Positions 30,153-39,325 of a stretch of DNA of 64,000 bases are shown piece after piece; position 1 is the first letter of the stretch; the number at the start of each line of letters is the position of its first letter. The notes beneath the pieces are model-generated. The model saw only the letters and a list, made by a program, of their open reading frames with translations, made no database searches and was not told where the DNA came from. A program made the translations under genes and the position numbers. This DNA comes from Promethearchaeota archaeon. Lineage in GTDB: Archaea > Asgardarchaeota > Lokiarchaeia > Sigyniarchaeales > SOKP01. The DNA is taken from NCBI GenBank assembly GCA_019057795.1, contig JAHLWS010000087.1:1-64000 (forward strand), in the 5' to 3' direction.

Positions 30153-32084
30153 GTGAAAAACATGAGTAAAGCTAAAGATATAACTTTACCCGAGGAAGTT
30201 AAAGGATACTCTCAAGTAAGAATCGATGTAGATTTAACAAGCGGTAAAATAGGAAAAACAACTTTATCCAATGAATTTTGCCGAGATTGGATTGGCGGTT
30301 ATGGTTTTGGAGCAAAAGTTCTATGGGACGAGTTAAAGCCAGGTGTAGACCCCTTAGGTCCAGATAATGTATTTGTTTGGGCTATTGGTCCCTTCCCTAC
30401 TACAATTTTACCAACTAGCTCAAAATATGGCGTATTTGCTAAATCCCCATTAACGGGTGTATTTGGCATGGCTATTTCTTCAGGTTCAGTTGGAGCCCAA
30501 GCCCGACGTGCGGGTATTAATATGATCGTGATAAAAGGAAAGGCTTCTGAACCCGTTTACATGGTTGTAGATGATGACGACTACTATTTAGAGCCATGTT
30601 CGAAAACTTTATGGGGAAAAGGAAATTTTGAAACAGAGGATTTATTACGAGAAGAATTTCAAGATCAGAGACTAGCTGTTATGTCAATAGGACCAGCAGG
30701 GGAACGATTAAGTAGATTAGGGTGCATCACAAACGATAGAAACCGACAAGCGGGTCGTACCGGTATGGGGGCTGTCATGGGCTCTAAAAACCTCAAAGCA
30801 ATAGCATTTAGGGGTACTAAAGGATTGAAAGTTGCTCAACCCGCTGAATTTTACAAATTAGCTAAGAAACTAATCAAAGTGGCTAATGGTCCTGCAACTG
30901 CAAAATATCGCGATTTAGGAACCCCAGCAGGAATAACCAGTTATAATAAGTTAGGAATGTTCCCTACTAAGAATTTTCGGGAAGGTACATGGGAAGAAAT
31001 AGATAATGGCGCCTTTACAGGAGACACTCTTAATATTGATTGGGTTGTAAAAAAAGTAGCTTGTTCCCAATGCTCTATTGCGTGCGATCATTTAGCAAGG
31101 GTACCAAAAACTCACCCCGAATATCCTAATTTAGTCGCGTCTATAGATGTTGAAATGTGCTATTCATTTGGTTCAAATATGGGTAATTCTGATTGGCCAA
31201 CGGTATTTAAATGCGTTCAATTGTGCGATGATTTAGGTATTGACGCGATCTCAGCCGGGGTGACTGCCTCAATGGCGGCAGAATTGTTTGATCTAGGGCT
31301 TATAACTAAAAAAGATTTAGGTTATGAGTTACCATTCGGTTCAACGGTCAATTTAGTGAGATTCACCGAAGAAATGTGTCTTGGAAAAGGATTTGCAGGT
31401 GAAATCTTTGGAGATGGCTGTAAACAAGCAGGAATTCGATTAGAAGAAAAAGGAGTAAAAAACGCAGGCTATTACGGAATGCACATAAAAGGTTTAGAAA
31501 TGCCCGCTTTTGACCTTCATGGTATGACCTCCTTTGCAGTTGGAGAAAGCGTATCTATTAGAGGCGCTTGCCATTTAAGGAATGGAGCATATGGACTCGA
31601 TGCTAAAGGAAAGTTCGACAGGTTCGGATACGATAAAGGTCTTGAACGTGGTAAGTCAATTGTAGCAGTTGAAGATGTTTATGGCATAATTGATTCATAT
31701 ATAATATGTAAATTCACTCGTGGAATTTATGAAAACGATGCAGAAATGGCAAAGGTATACGAACTTGTAACTGGTATTCCACACACAGAGCAATCATTGC
31801 TGACAAGAGGAACTGCAATAGTTACGCTTTCTAAATGTTTCAACATTCGAGAAGGCTGGACACGAGCAGACGATCATCCTCCCGAAAAGTTCTTCAAAGA
31901 TGCCCATACAAAAGGACCAGCGAAGGGTGTTACCTTAAAGGAAGAGGGATATCAAAAATTATTGAGCGGATACTACGAAGCTAGAGGCTGGGACACGAAA
32001 ACTGGAATTCCAACCGACGCAACTCTAAAGAAGTTAGGTTTGGATTTTGTTATTGGAAAATTAAAGCCAGCAGGAGGTAAATAA
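30153..32084 (+). CDS. aor: Tungsten-containing aldehyde:ferredoxin oxidoreductase family protein (likely start ATG 30162)
   Basis: AKSPLTG, IGPAGE, AGRTGMGAVMGSKNLKAI, CSQCSIAC, DDLGIDAIS, RGACH, YYEARGWD. Confidence 0.93.
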   Translation: MKNMSKAKDITLPEEVKGYSQVRIDVDLTSGKIGKTTLSNEFCRDWIGGYGFGAKVLWDELKPGVDPLGPDNVFVWAIGPFPTTILPTSSKYGVFAKSPLTGVFGMAISSGSVGAQARRAGINMIVIKGKASEPVYMVVDDDDYYLEPCSKTLWGKGNFETEDLLREEFQDQRLAVMSIGPAGERLSRLGCITNDRNRQAGRTGMGAVMGSKNLKAIAFRGTKGLKVAQPAEFYKLAKKLIKVANGPATAKYRDLGTPAGITSYNKLGMFPTKNFREGTWEEIDNGAFTGDTLNIDWVVKKVACSQCSIACDHLARVPKTHPEYPNLVASIDVEMCYSFGSNMGNSDWPTVFKCVQLCDDLGIDAISAGVTASMAAELFDLGLITKKDLGYELPFGSTVNLVRFTEEMCLGKGFAGEIFGDGCKQAGIRLEEKGVKNAGYYGMHIKGLEMPAFDLHGMTSFAVGESVSIRGACHLRNGAYGLDAKGKFDRFGYDKGLERGKSIVAVEDVYGIIDSYIICKFTRGIYENDAEMAKVYELVTGIPHTEQSLLTRGTAIVTLSKCFNIREGWTRADDHPPEKFFKDAHTKGPAKGVTLKEEGYQKLLSGYYEARGWDTKTGIPTDATLKKLGLDFVIGKLKPAGGK

Positions 32085-32088
32085 AAGA

Positions 32089-32643
32089 ATGTCAACTATT
32101 AGAACTAAGAAAAGAGGCGGAGTTATTCATCAATTCATAGTTGTAGATCCGAAACTCTGCACTGGCTGCGAAACTTGCGAAAGCGTTTGCTCTTTTGTCC
32201 ACGACGGCGAGTTTAACCCAATTAACACACGAATCCATAGAGTTAGAATCGAACCAGTATTTAACATTGCTCTTGCCTGCCAAAAATGCGAGGAGGCACC
32301 ATGCATTCGAAGTTGCCCCGAAAAAGCTTTGGAGAAAGACCCTGAAACGGGTTCCATCATTGTAGACGACGACAAGTGCAACGGATGCGGCTATTGTTGC
32401 CGGGCTTGCGAATTTGGAGCGATGACAATGCACGTAATAAGCCAAAAAGCGCTTGTCTGCGACCTTTGCGAAGATATGAAAGACGAATTTGTCGAGGAAG
32501 GCGGTAAAAAGGAGCCTCAATGCATAATAGTTTGCCCCAAGGAAGCCATAACTTTGAAAAATGTAGAACAAATTGGCGAAGAAACCCGAATTGACGCTGT
32601 AAAACGCTTATTTGGCGATGTTTCGGAATTTAGTAGCAAATAA
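32089..32643 (+). CDS. 4x[4Fe-4S] ferredoxin-like AOR partner subunit (DmsB/CooF type)
   Basis: CTGCETCESVC, CQKCEEAPCIRSCP, CNGCGYCCRAC, CDLC...PQCIIVCP. Starts 4 nt after aor. Confidence 0.9.
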   Translation: MSTIRTKKRGGVIHQFIVVDPKLCTGCETCESVCSFVHDGEFNPINTRIHRVRIEPVFNIALACQKCEEAPCIRSCPEKALEKDPETGSIIVDDDKCNGCGYCCRACEFGAMTMHVISQKALVCDLCEDMKDEFVEEGGKKEPQCIIVCPKEAITLKNVEQIGEETRIDAVKRLFGDVSEFSSK

Positions 32644-32778
32644 CTTAATTTTTTTATCTTATTTATTTATATTATTTTTTTATTTCTCTTATTTTCAAAT
32701 GACTATTTGAATGGATATTCTCACAATATTTTTTTCCTACTCGAAAAATTTAAATATTTCGAGTATATATTTTTTATA

Positions 32779-33030
32779 ATGACCATTCATACTGATACTA
32801 TAATACTAAAAATTGGATCAAAAGGAGAAATCTTTCCTCCCAAGGAAATTCGAAAAAGACTTGGTTTTGAACCAAATCAACCCATTTTATTATATATTCA
32901 TCACGATCAATTAATCATAAGAAAACTTCATTCTATTGAGGAAATTTTGAATTCTTCACCAAAGACTAAAATTAGTTATCACGCTTGGAAACAATTTAAA
33001 GAGGAATTAGGTGAGGACTATGAAATATGA
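32779..33030 (+). CDS. vapB: AbrB/MazE-fold antitoxin (ATG 32779 is more likely than the track start 32707)
   Basis: KIGSKGEIFPPKEIRKRLGF...LIIRK. ATGA overlap with the PIN gene. Confidence 0.82.
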   Translation: MTIHTDTIILKIGSKGEIFPPKEIRKRLGFEPNQPILLYIHHDQLIIRKLHSIEEILNSSPKTKISYHAWKQFKEELGEDYEI

Positions 33031-33530
33031 AAATTCTAATTGATACATCATACTTTTTACCTCTCATTAAAATTGGGATTGAAAATATTCCCCAAACTAC
33101 CTTGGTTAATCTTTTAGCTAAAACATCTTTTGAATATTTTTATTCAAATCTCACTCTTTTTGAACTCACAGCGAAGGGATTAAAAATTTCATCTCAGGAA
33201 AATATAATAACGCCACAAGACATTAGGATTGGAATTGATGCCATTCAAAACGACTCGCGTCTCGTAGAAAAGTCGTTTATTGATAATCCATTAATCATCG
33301 AATTAGCATCTCAATTAAAAGCAATTCATAAAGATACAATTGATTGTTTGATTTTCGCTACAGCTATCTGTATTTGTGATTGTATCGTTACCATGGATGT
33401 ATCATTCTTCGATCAAATCAATAAAGTGCCCTCGTTAATCAATGCAATTAGAAAAATCAATGAAAACTTCCATTTTTGGTTCAACGACCTCTCAGATGAT
33501 TTAAGGGCTCTTAAATCAATTGATTCGTAG
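33027..33530 (+). CDS. vapC: PIN-domain toxin
   Basis: ILIDTSYF, TLFEL, DTIDCLIFATA, IVTMD. Confidence 0.85.
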   Translation: MKILIDTSYFLPLIKIGIENIPQTTLVNLLAKTSFEYFYSNLTLFELTAKGLKISSQENIITPQDIRIGIDAIQNDSRLVEKSFIDNPLIIELASQLKAIHKDTIDCLIFATAICICDCIVTMDVSFFDQINKVPSLINAIRKINENFHFWFNDLSDDLRALKSIDS

Positions 33531-33787
33531 AATGTTCGTATGTTTCAATTTTTTCTTATTTTTATTCAATTTATTTTTAGTATTTCAATTTATATCGTAA
33601 AATCTAAATTTAATAAGAGATAATTACCAGAATTGAAAACAAACTAAGTGAAGAGTAAGAATAATTGAACTTTAATAAGAAGTATTATTTACAATATCAT
33701 TATTATTTAATCAAATACAATTAATACAATTCGTTATAGGATTAAACCTTTAAAATTAGGAGGATACAAATATAAAAGGTGGAAAAA

Positions 33788-35749
33788 TTGTCTGAAGAAC
33801 AGACCAATAGTAAACACAAAATCGGAGCATTTATATGTAGATGAGGAGTTAATATTGGAGGCATTTTAGATGTGCCTAAAATTGTAGAAGAGATTGATAA
33901 ACTCGACGATGTTTGCGCTTATGAGTATTTAAATTTGTGTACTTCTGGAGGAGCTGAATTTATGAAAGAACAAATAGACGAAAAAGGCTTCGACAGAATT
34001 ATCATGGCTGCTTGAACTCCAATAACACATGAACCAGTATTTCACGCTATTTTAAAAGAAGCAGGATTGCCACAGAGATATTTGGAATTTGTCAACATTA
34101 GAGAACATTGTAGTTACGTTCATCAAGCTATGGAAGTAAGAGATGACGCTACACTTAAAGCAATAGAATTAGTAAAAGCAGGGATTTCAAGATCGCAATT
34201 TCTGGAAGAAATACCTACAAAAACAGTTGATGTAAATCCTACATGTTTGGTTATTGGTGGAGGGATTGCTGGCTTAAGTGCTGCAATTGATTTGGGAGAT
34301 GCAGGATATAAAGTTTATTTAGTTGAAAAGAAAACTACCATCGGTGGTCGTATGAGTCAATTAGATCGAACATTTCCGACAGACGATTGCAGTATCTGAA
34401 TATTGGGGCCAAAGATGTTAGAAGCTGATCGGCATCCAAATATAGAAATGCTTACTTATAGTGAAGTAGAAAAAGTCGAAGGATATATAGGTAATTTTCG
34501 AGTTCAAGTAAAAAGAAAAGCGCGATTTGTCATTGAAAGCGAATGTACTGGGTGTGGCGCGTGTACGGAAGTATGTCCGATATACATTCCTAATTATTTT
34601 GATGAAAATCTGTCGGCTCGGAAGTGTATCGATATTTCATTCGCTCAAGCAGTTCCGGCAGTTTACGACATTGCAAGAGAATCGTGTGTAGAATGTTTTG
34701 CATGTGTCGATTCTTGTGATTTGGAAGCAATTGACTTTAGCCAACAAGATGAAATAGTAGAACTTGAAATAGGAACAATAATTGTGGCAACAGGATGGGA
34801 TATATATCAAGAAGACGATTATGGGTACGGAAAATACGAGAATGTAATCACACAAATCCAATTAGAGAGAATCCTTGCTCCAAATGGTCCTATGTTTGGT
34901 CATTTGGTACGCCCCTCAGATGGAAAGCGTCCAAAGAAAATATTATTCATTAACTGCGTAGGATCACGAGATTTAAAAAAGAATGAATATTGTAGCGTAG
35001 TTTGTTGTAATTTATCTGTTAAGAATTCCAAACTTATAATCTCTGAATATCCCGATTCCGAAATTACAGTATGTTATATAGATATGAGATGCGGAGGGAA
35101 GATGTATGAAGAGTATTATAAAAGAGCCAGAGATGCAGGAATTCTTTTTGTTAAAGGGATGATAGGAAGCATAGAAGAAGATCCATTAACACAGAATCTT
35201 ATCGTTCAATTTGAACCTGTTGGAACCGATACAATAGTAAAACTGGAAGTTCATATGGTTATTTTGTCATCGGCATCGCTACCTTCTCAAGGCACAAATG
35301 AAATTGCTGCTATAATGAATATCGAGAAAACATCAGATGGGTTCCTAAAAGAAGTTCATCCACGTTTAGAACCAATCAAGACGAAAGTTCCAGGAATTTA
35401 CTTAGCTGGTTCTTGTCAAGGTCAAAAATCGATTGAACTAACAGTAAGCCAGGCTAAGGGAGCAGCATCTTCAGCAGGCATTCCAATGGGACGAAGAGAA
35501 TACGTTATTGAATTAATACGCGCCCAACCAATAGACGAAAGATGTGCAAAATGCTATAAATGTATTGACGCTTGTCCATACAATGCAATTTCTATTAATG
35601 ATGAAGGAACGATTGTTGTAGATGTAATAAGTTGCAGAGGTTGTGGAATTTGCACTGCAATATGCCCTTCTAAAGCAATAGATTTAGCGCATTACAAAGA
35701 TGTTCAATATTCAGTTTATATTGACGAATTATTGCCTATTGAGGATTAA
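33788..35749 (+). CDS. hdrA: Heterodisulfide reductase subunit A, selenoprotein with 3 Sec (UGA at 33842, 34013, 34397); 653 aa
   Basis: One frame from TTG 33788 (AGGTGG upstream) to TAA 35747-35749. The UGAs fall in FICRUG, MAAUTP and TDDCSIUIL, where HdrA has conserved Cys. This joins track ORFs 34067..34399 and 34403..35749. Also NIREHCSYVH, GGGIAG and two ferredoxin domains. Confidence 0.95.
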
Positions 35750-35762
35750 AGAGGTAATTAAA

Positions 35763-36197
35763 ATGAGAGACAACGATATTAAAATTCTATCCTTTTTATG
35801 TTTAAAATGAGGCTATGGTGCAGCTGATATGGCGGGAACAATTAGAGCTCAATACCCCGTATCTTTAAGAACCGTTTTAGTTCCATGCACAGGAAGAATC
35901 GGTTCAGATGTAATTATGAGAGGTTTTGGGAGAGGTGCTGACGGAATACTCGTTGTAGGATGATACATTGGAGAATGTGATTATGAAAAAGGTAACTATT
36001 TTGCTCATAGATCAATCGCCTATATAAAAGAAGTGCTTAAAACCGTCGGACTTAACCCAAAAAGAATAAAAATGGAATATTGTAGTTCAGCGGAAGGTTC
36101 GAAATATCGGGAAGTAGCAATTGCTTTTGATGAAGAAATACGGAAACTTGGACCGAGCCCATTACGTAAAAAAAAAGAAAACTCCTCTAAAAAATAA
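35763..36197 (+). CDS. mvhD: MvhD/VhuD [2Fe-2S] adaptor subunit, selenoprotein with 2 Sec (UGA at 35808, 35961); 144 aa; absent from the ORF track
   Basis: MRDNDIKILSFLCLKUGYGAADMAGTIRAQYP...VPCTGRI...GADGILVVGUYIGECDYEKGN...SSAEG...LGPSPLR, ending at TAA 36195-36197. Confidence 0.95.
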
Positions 36198-36199
36198 AT

Positions 36200-36258
36200 G
36201 TGTTAGCTAATGAGGCTGAGTTAAAAAAACGAGAATTCAGCTGAAGAAATGGGAGCAC
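36200..36258 (+). ncRNA. Eukaryote-like (Loki-type) SECIS element
   Basis: AUGA 36210-36213; stem GGCUGAGUU (36214-36222) pairs with AAUUCAGCU (36234-36242); A-rich loop AAAAAAACGAG; GA 36243-36244; lower stem GUGUU/AGCAC. It begins 3 nt after the mvhD stop. Confidence 0.88.
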
Positions 36259-36368
36259 CATATAACACATTAAAAAATTTTATAAAAATAAATATATCAA
36301 AAAAAAAAAGTTTAAAATTTTTTAAAAAAATTAAATCAAAAACAAGAAATTAAATTTACAGTTTTGAG

Positions 36369-37508
36369 TTGGAAAACATGGATACAATAGATGAATATCT
36401 AATAAAGATTGAAGATTTTCCTAAATTATTAACAACGTTATTAAAAGAAAAAGTTGTTAGCAAAATAATTGGGACAAAAGTAAAGGTAGATAAAAAAACT
36501 CAGAAAGAGGACAGATTTACGATTTCTCCAGAACTCTACGAGAAACCAGAAGATATTTCGGGTTTTCCCTTAACTAACCTAATTGCATATGGGTACGCTA
36601 GAACAGATTCAGCTGCGAAATTTTTACATAAGTCAGTTAACGGAGCATTGAAAGAAAAAGTAGGACTTATTGCTCGCCCTTGTGACACAAGGGGGATAAT
36701 TGAGTTAGTAAAAATTAGACAGATCAATTTAGATAATCTTTTTATCATTGCTTTTGAAGACAGAGGAATGGTGATAAACGTTTCTCGCCAGATAAAGAAG
36801 ATGGAAGGTATTGATCCGACTAAAGTGGTTAAGGAAAAAATCGGAGATAAGGGTTTAATTCTCAAGTTTGAAGATGGAAGCACTAAAGAAGTAGGATTAG
36901 ACATAGCAGAAAATTGTACGCGCTGTGTTAGAAAAGTTCCGGTTGTTGCTGATTTGGGAATTAGCGATCTAATATTGCCTATCGATTCTGACGAAATAAT
37001 CCTTAAAGTATATTCTACTAAAGGAGAAGAACTTGTAGAAAAATCAAAAATTAACAAGAAGCCATTACCTGATGACATGAAAACAAAAGACGCGGAAAAG
37101 CTTAAAGAAATCAAAGAAACAGCCCTCGCAAAAAGAGTAAAGGATTTAGAAGAATGGGACAAGCTTTCTCAAGAGGAAAAGATGACTAAACTACAAGCAT
37201 GTACTATGTGTGGAATGTGCATTAGAGGATGCCCTGTTTGCTACTGCGTTGACTGTATTCTAACGAAGAAGCGAAAAACAAAAACTATAAATAAAGAGAC
37301 ATATCAATTAACTCGAATTGCCCACGTTGCTGACCGGTGCGTAGAATGTGGCAACTGTGATAATAATTGCCCAACGCATTTACCGTTATCTCTGTACTTT
37401 CAATCGTTAAACGACTCATTTAAAGAAAAGTTTGGTTACAATGCTGGTGAGAGCTTGGAAGATATACCCTTTAGATCTGGGAAAGCAATAAGCGAAATGG
37501 AGTTATAA
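36369..37508 (+). CDS. FdhB/FrhB-like (F420-dependent dehydrogenase beta) subunit with C-terminal 2x[4Fe-4S]
   Basis: GLIARPCD, QINLDNL, ENCTRC, ADL, CTMCGMCIRGCPVCYCVDC, CVECGNCDNNCP. Confidence 0.85.
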   Translation: MENMDTIDEYLIKIEDFPKLLTTLLKEKVVSKIIGTKVKVDKKTQKEDRFTISPELYEKPEDISGFPLTNLIAYGYARTDSAAKFLHKSVNGALKEKVGLIARPCDTRGIIELVKIRQINLDNLFIIAFEDRGMVINVSRQIKKMEGIDPTKVVKEKIGDKGLILKFEDGSTKEVGLDIAENCTRCVRKVPVVADLGISDLILPIDSDEIILKVYSTKGEELVEKSKINKKPLPDDMKTKDAEKLKEIKETALAKRVKDLEEWDKLSQEEKMTKLQACTMCGMCIRGCPVCYCVDCILTKKRKTKTINKETYQLTRIAHVADRCVECGNCDNNCPTHLPLSLYFQSLNDSFKEKFGYNAGESLEDIPFRSGKAISEMEL

Positions 37509-37580
37509 AAAACATAATTATTAAAAATTTAAAAAATAATATTTTTAATTAATAATAAAGAAAAACAAATGTGAAGAATT

Positions 37581-38345
37581 ATGTCGTTACCGGCTAAAAA
37601 AGCAATCGAGATTGATTCAAATATTACTCATTACATTTATAAAATGCTAAACCACGAAATGATTCTAAAATACGACGAAAGCAAGTGTATTGAGTGCGGT
37701 TTTTGTCACCGAGTTTGTCCCGTAACCATTTCAATTTACGATGAACCCTTAAAAAAGACGGCAATCGGAACGCCAGAAGAAATGAGGGTAGAGTCTGACA
37801 AAAAAATCGTAGTTGATGTAGAGAAATGCATCTGGTGCGGAAGTTGCACTTGGATCTGTCCTGGATACACTTTGGAACTAATTATAAACGGAGAAAACAA
37901 GATATTATTGGTCGAAAACGGTTCTCTTCCAGAATTTGAGGAAGAGGTTCGCACTTTAGAGAACGGTCAGAAAGTTCGCAAGGTAGTAGAAGGTTCTATT
38001 ACAATTACTTGCGATGAAAAAGATAACAAAGTTATTGACGCATTCGCGGACGAATGTGCTGTTGGCGCTATGTCTCGGGAAGGAAAGGAAGTAGTTGTAG
38101 ACATTGATAAGTGTATTCTATGTTTCAAATGTACAGAAGCCTCAAAGAACTACGATAATATTAGCGTAAAGGTTTTCCGCGATAGATTCAAGAAAGTAAA
38201 AGGAGAACCATCGTCTGTATGGAACGCTATAAATTTGCGAGTGCTTGGAAAAGAAGGAAAAATTAAAGGTATTATGAGTCGAAGTCAAAACAAACTCGCA
38301 GATGCCGTTATGCGCTTATTAGGCAAGGAATTTAGCGAGGAATAA
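37581..38345 (+). CDS. Polyferredoxin-like Fe-S protein (FwdF/MvhB-like)
   Basis: CIECGFCHRVCP, CIWCGSCTWICP and a degenerate third pair (ECAVGA, CILCFKC). Confidence 0.75.
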   Translation: MSLPAKKAIEIDSNITHYIYKMLNHEMILKYDESKCIECGFCHRVCPVTISIYDEPLKKTAIGTPEEMRVESDKKIVVDVEKCIWCGSCTWICPGYTLELIINGENKILLVENGSLPEFEEEVRTLENGQKVRKVVEGSITITCDEKDNKVIDAFADECAVGAMSREGKEVVVDIDKCILCFKCTEASKNYDNISVKVFRDRFKKVKGEPSSVWNAINLRVLGKEGKIKGIMSRSQNKLADAVMRLLGKEFSEE

Positions 38346-38470
38346 AACTAACTATTATTTTTAATTCATTTCTTAGTATTGCAATTTAACTCTCGTTTTT
38401 TCTTATTCTATATATAGCAAGAGATTTAAAGATAAAAGATGTTTATAATAAAATCGTTTTGATAAATAAA

Positions 38471-38923
38471 TTATTTTGAACTTATTTCTAAAAGATATTC
38501 TTCCGGAGTGAATGTTTTAATCTTATTTACCCAAGTAAAATGTTTTTTATTATATGTAATTAAAGGAGTATGTATTTTTTCACATTCAGTTCCGATCAAG
38601 AAATCTCTAAAATGATTTTTAAAAGGAAGTTGGTTTTTGTTTTCAAAAGCATTTTGAATGACTTTTGAAATCAACGAATTATCCCAATGTAAGAAAATTC
38701 CATCAAATTTTTTAATATCTTCAATAAACCCGTTCCAAGGAATACCTCGAATAATATAATAAAATCCTACCTCTAATTGTACAATTGTTGGCAGGAAAAC
38801 TTGAAATTTAAATTTATTTAGAGTCAAATAATTAATAAAATCATAATTTCTAAAAATATTTGAATCGAGAGCTAGCTTAAGTTTTGTATTATTCGATTTT
38901 TTAACTTCTTCTTGAGAACTCAT
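38471..38923 (-). CDS. vapC: PIN-domain toxin (likely start ATG 38923)
   Basis: ALDSNIF, VQLEV, RDFLIG, LITYNKKHF. ATGA overlap with the antitoxin stop. Confidence 0.85.
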   Translation of the reverse strand: MSSQEEVKKSNNTKLKLALDSNIFRNYDFINYLTLNKFKFQVFLPTIVQLEVGFYYIIRGIPWNGFIEDIKKFDGIFLHWDNSLISKVIQNAFENKNQLPFKNHFRDFLIGTECEKIHTPLITYNKKHFTWVNKIKTFTPEEYLLEISSK

Positions 38924-39255
38924 TCTTCCAACCCTGTTTTCCAATTGTTTAAAAGTATTTCATCTAAAGTATCAGTTCCTACAAACAATTTTTGTTGAAG
39001 AATTTTTCTATTTGGATCTAAATTCCAAATAATTTTTGTCGCTTCCTTTAATATCTTCTCAATATCTGATTTTTGTGTTTCTTTTATATTTAAATTGGCA
39101 TTAACTGAGATTTGTTTTTCTCTAAGAATGTCTCTTTCAAATAAAGTTAAAGCGCGTTTAATTACTTCGCTTTGAGTAATATCTAACCAAGCAGATAATT
39201 TTTTTAATCTTTTTCGTAGCCCTTCATCAATTGCTACTGTTGTTCTAATTGTCAT
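38920..39255 (-). CDS. vapB: Ribbon-helix-helix (CopG) antitoxin
   Basis: RTTVAIDEGLRKRLKKLSAWLDITQSEVIKRAL, directly upstream of the PIN gene. Confidence 0.82.
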   Translation of the reverse strand: MTIRTTVAIDEGLRKRLKKLSAWLDITQSEVIKRALTLFERDILREKQISVNANLNIKETQKSDIEKILKEATKIIWNLDPNRKILQQKLFVGTDTLDEILLNNWKTGLEE

Positions 39256-39325
39256 ATAAATATAGAAGACATATAAATATATAAATATGTTTTTATTATA
39301 AAGATATAATTACACAAATTGAGAA

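Noticed and set aside
33531-33787. A 5' SECIS dedicated to hdrA
   Set aside because: No RUGA/GA core with a convincing stem was found by eye. A computational scan is still needed.
34067-35749. hdrA as two genes or as a pseudogene, as the ORF track implies
   Set aside because: All interruptions are TGA, in frame and at conserved Cys positions. Random decay would not produce this.
33788-36197. Genome-wide UGA reassignment (Trp/Cys/Gly) as the explanation for the in-frame TGAs
   Set aside because: TGA is a normal stop elsewhere (5357-5359, 25226-25228, 42646-42648), Trp uses TGG, and the in-frame TGAs occur only at Cys sites upstream of a SECIS.
27030-38345. Calling the cluster a class II benzoyl-CoA reductase (BamB-I)
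   Set aside because: The AOR partner is DmsB/CooF-like rather than BamC-like, no NuoEFG-like BamGHI or benzoate pathway genes are present, and BamB identity cannot be shown.
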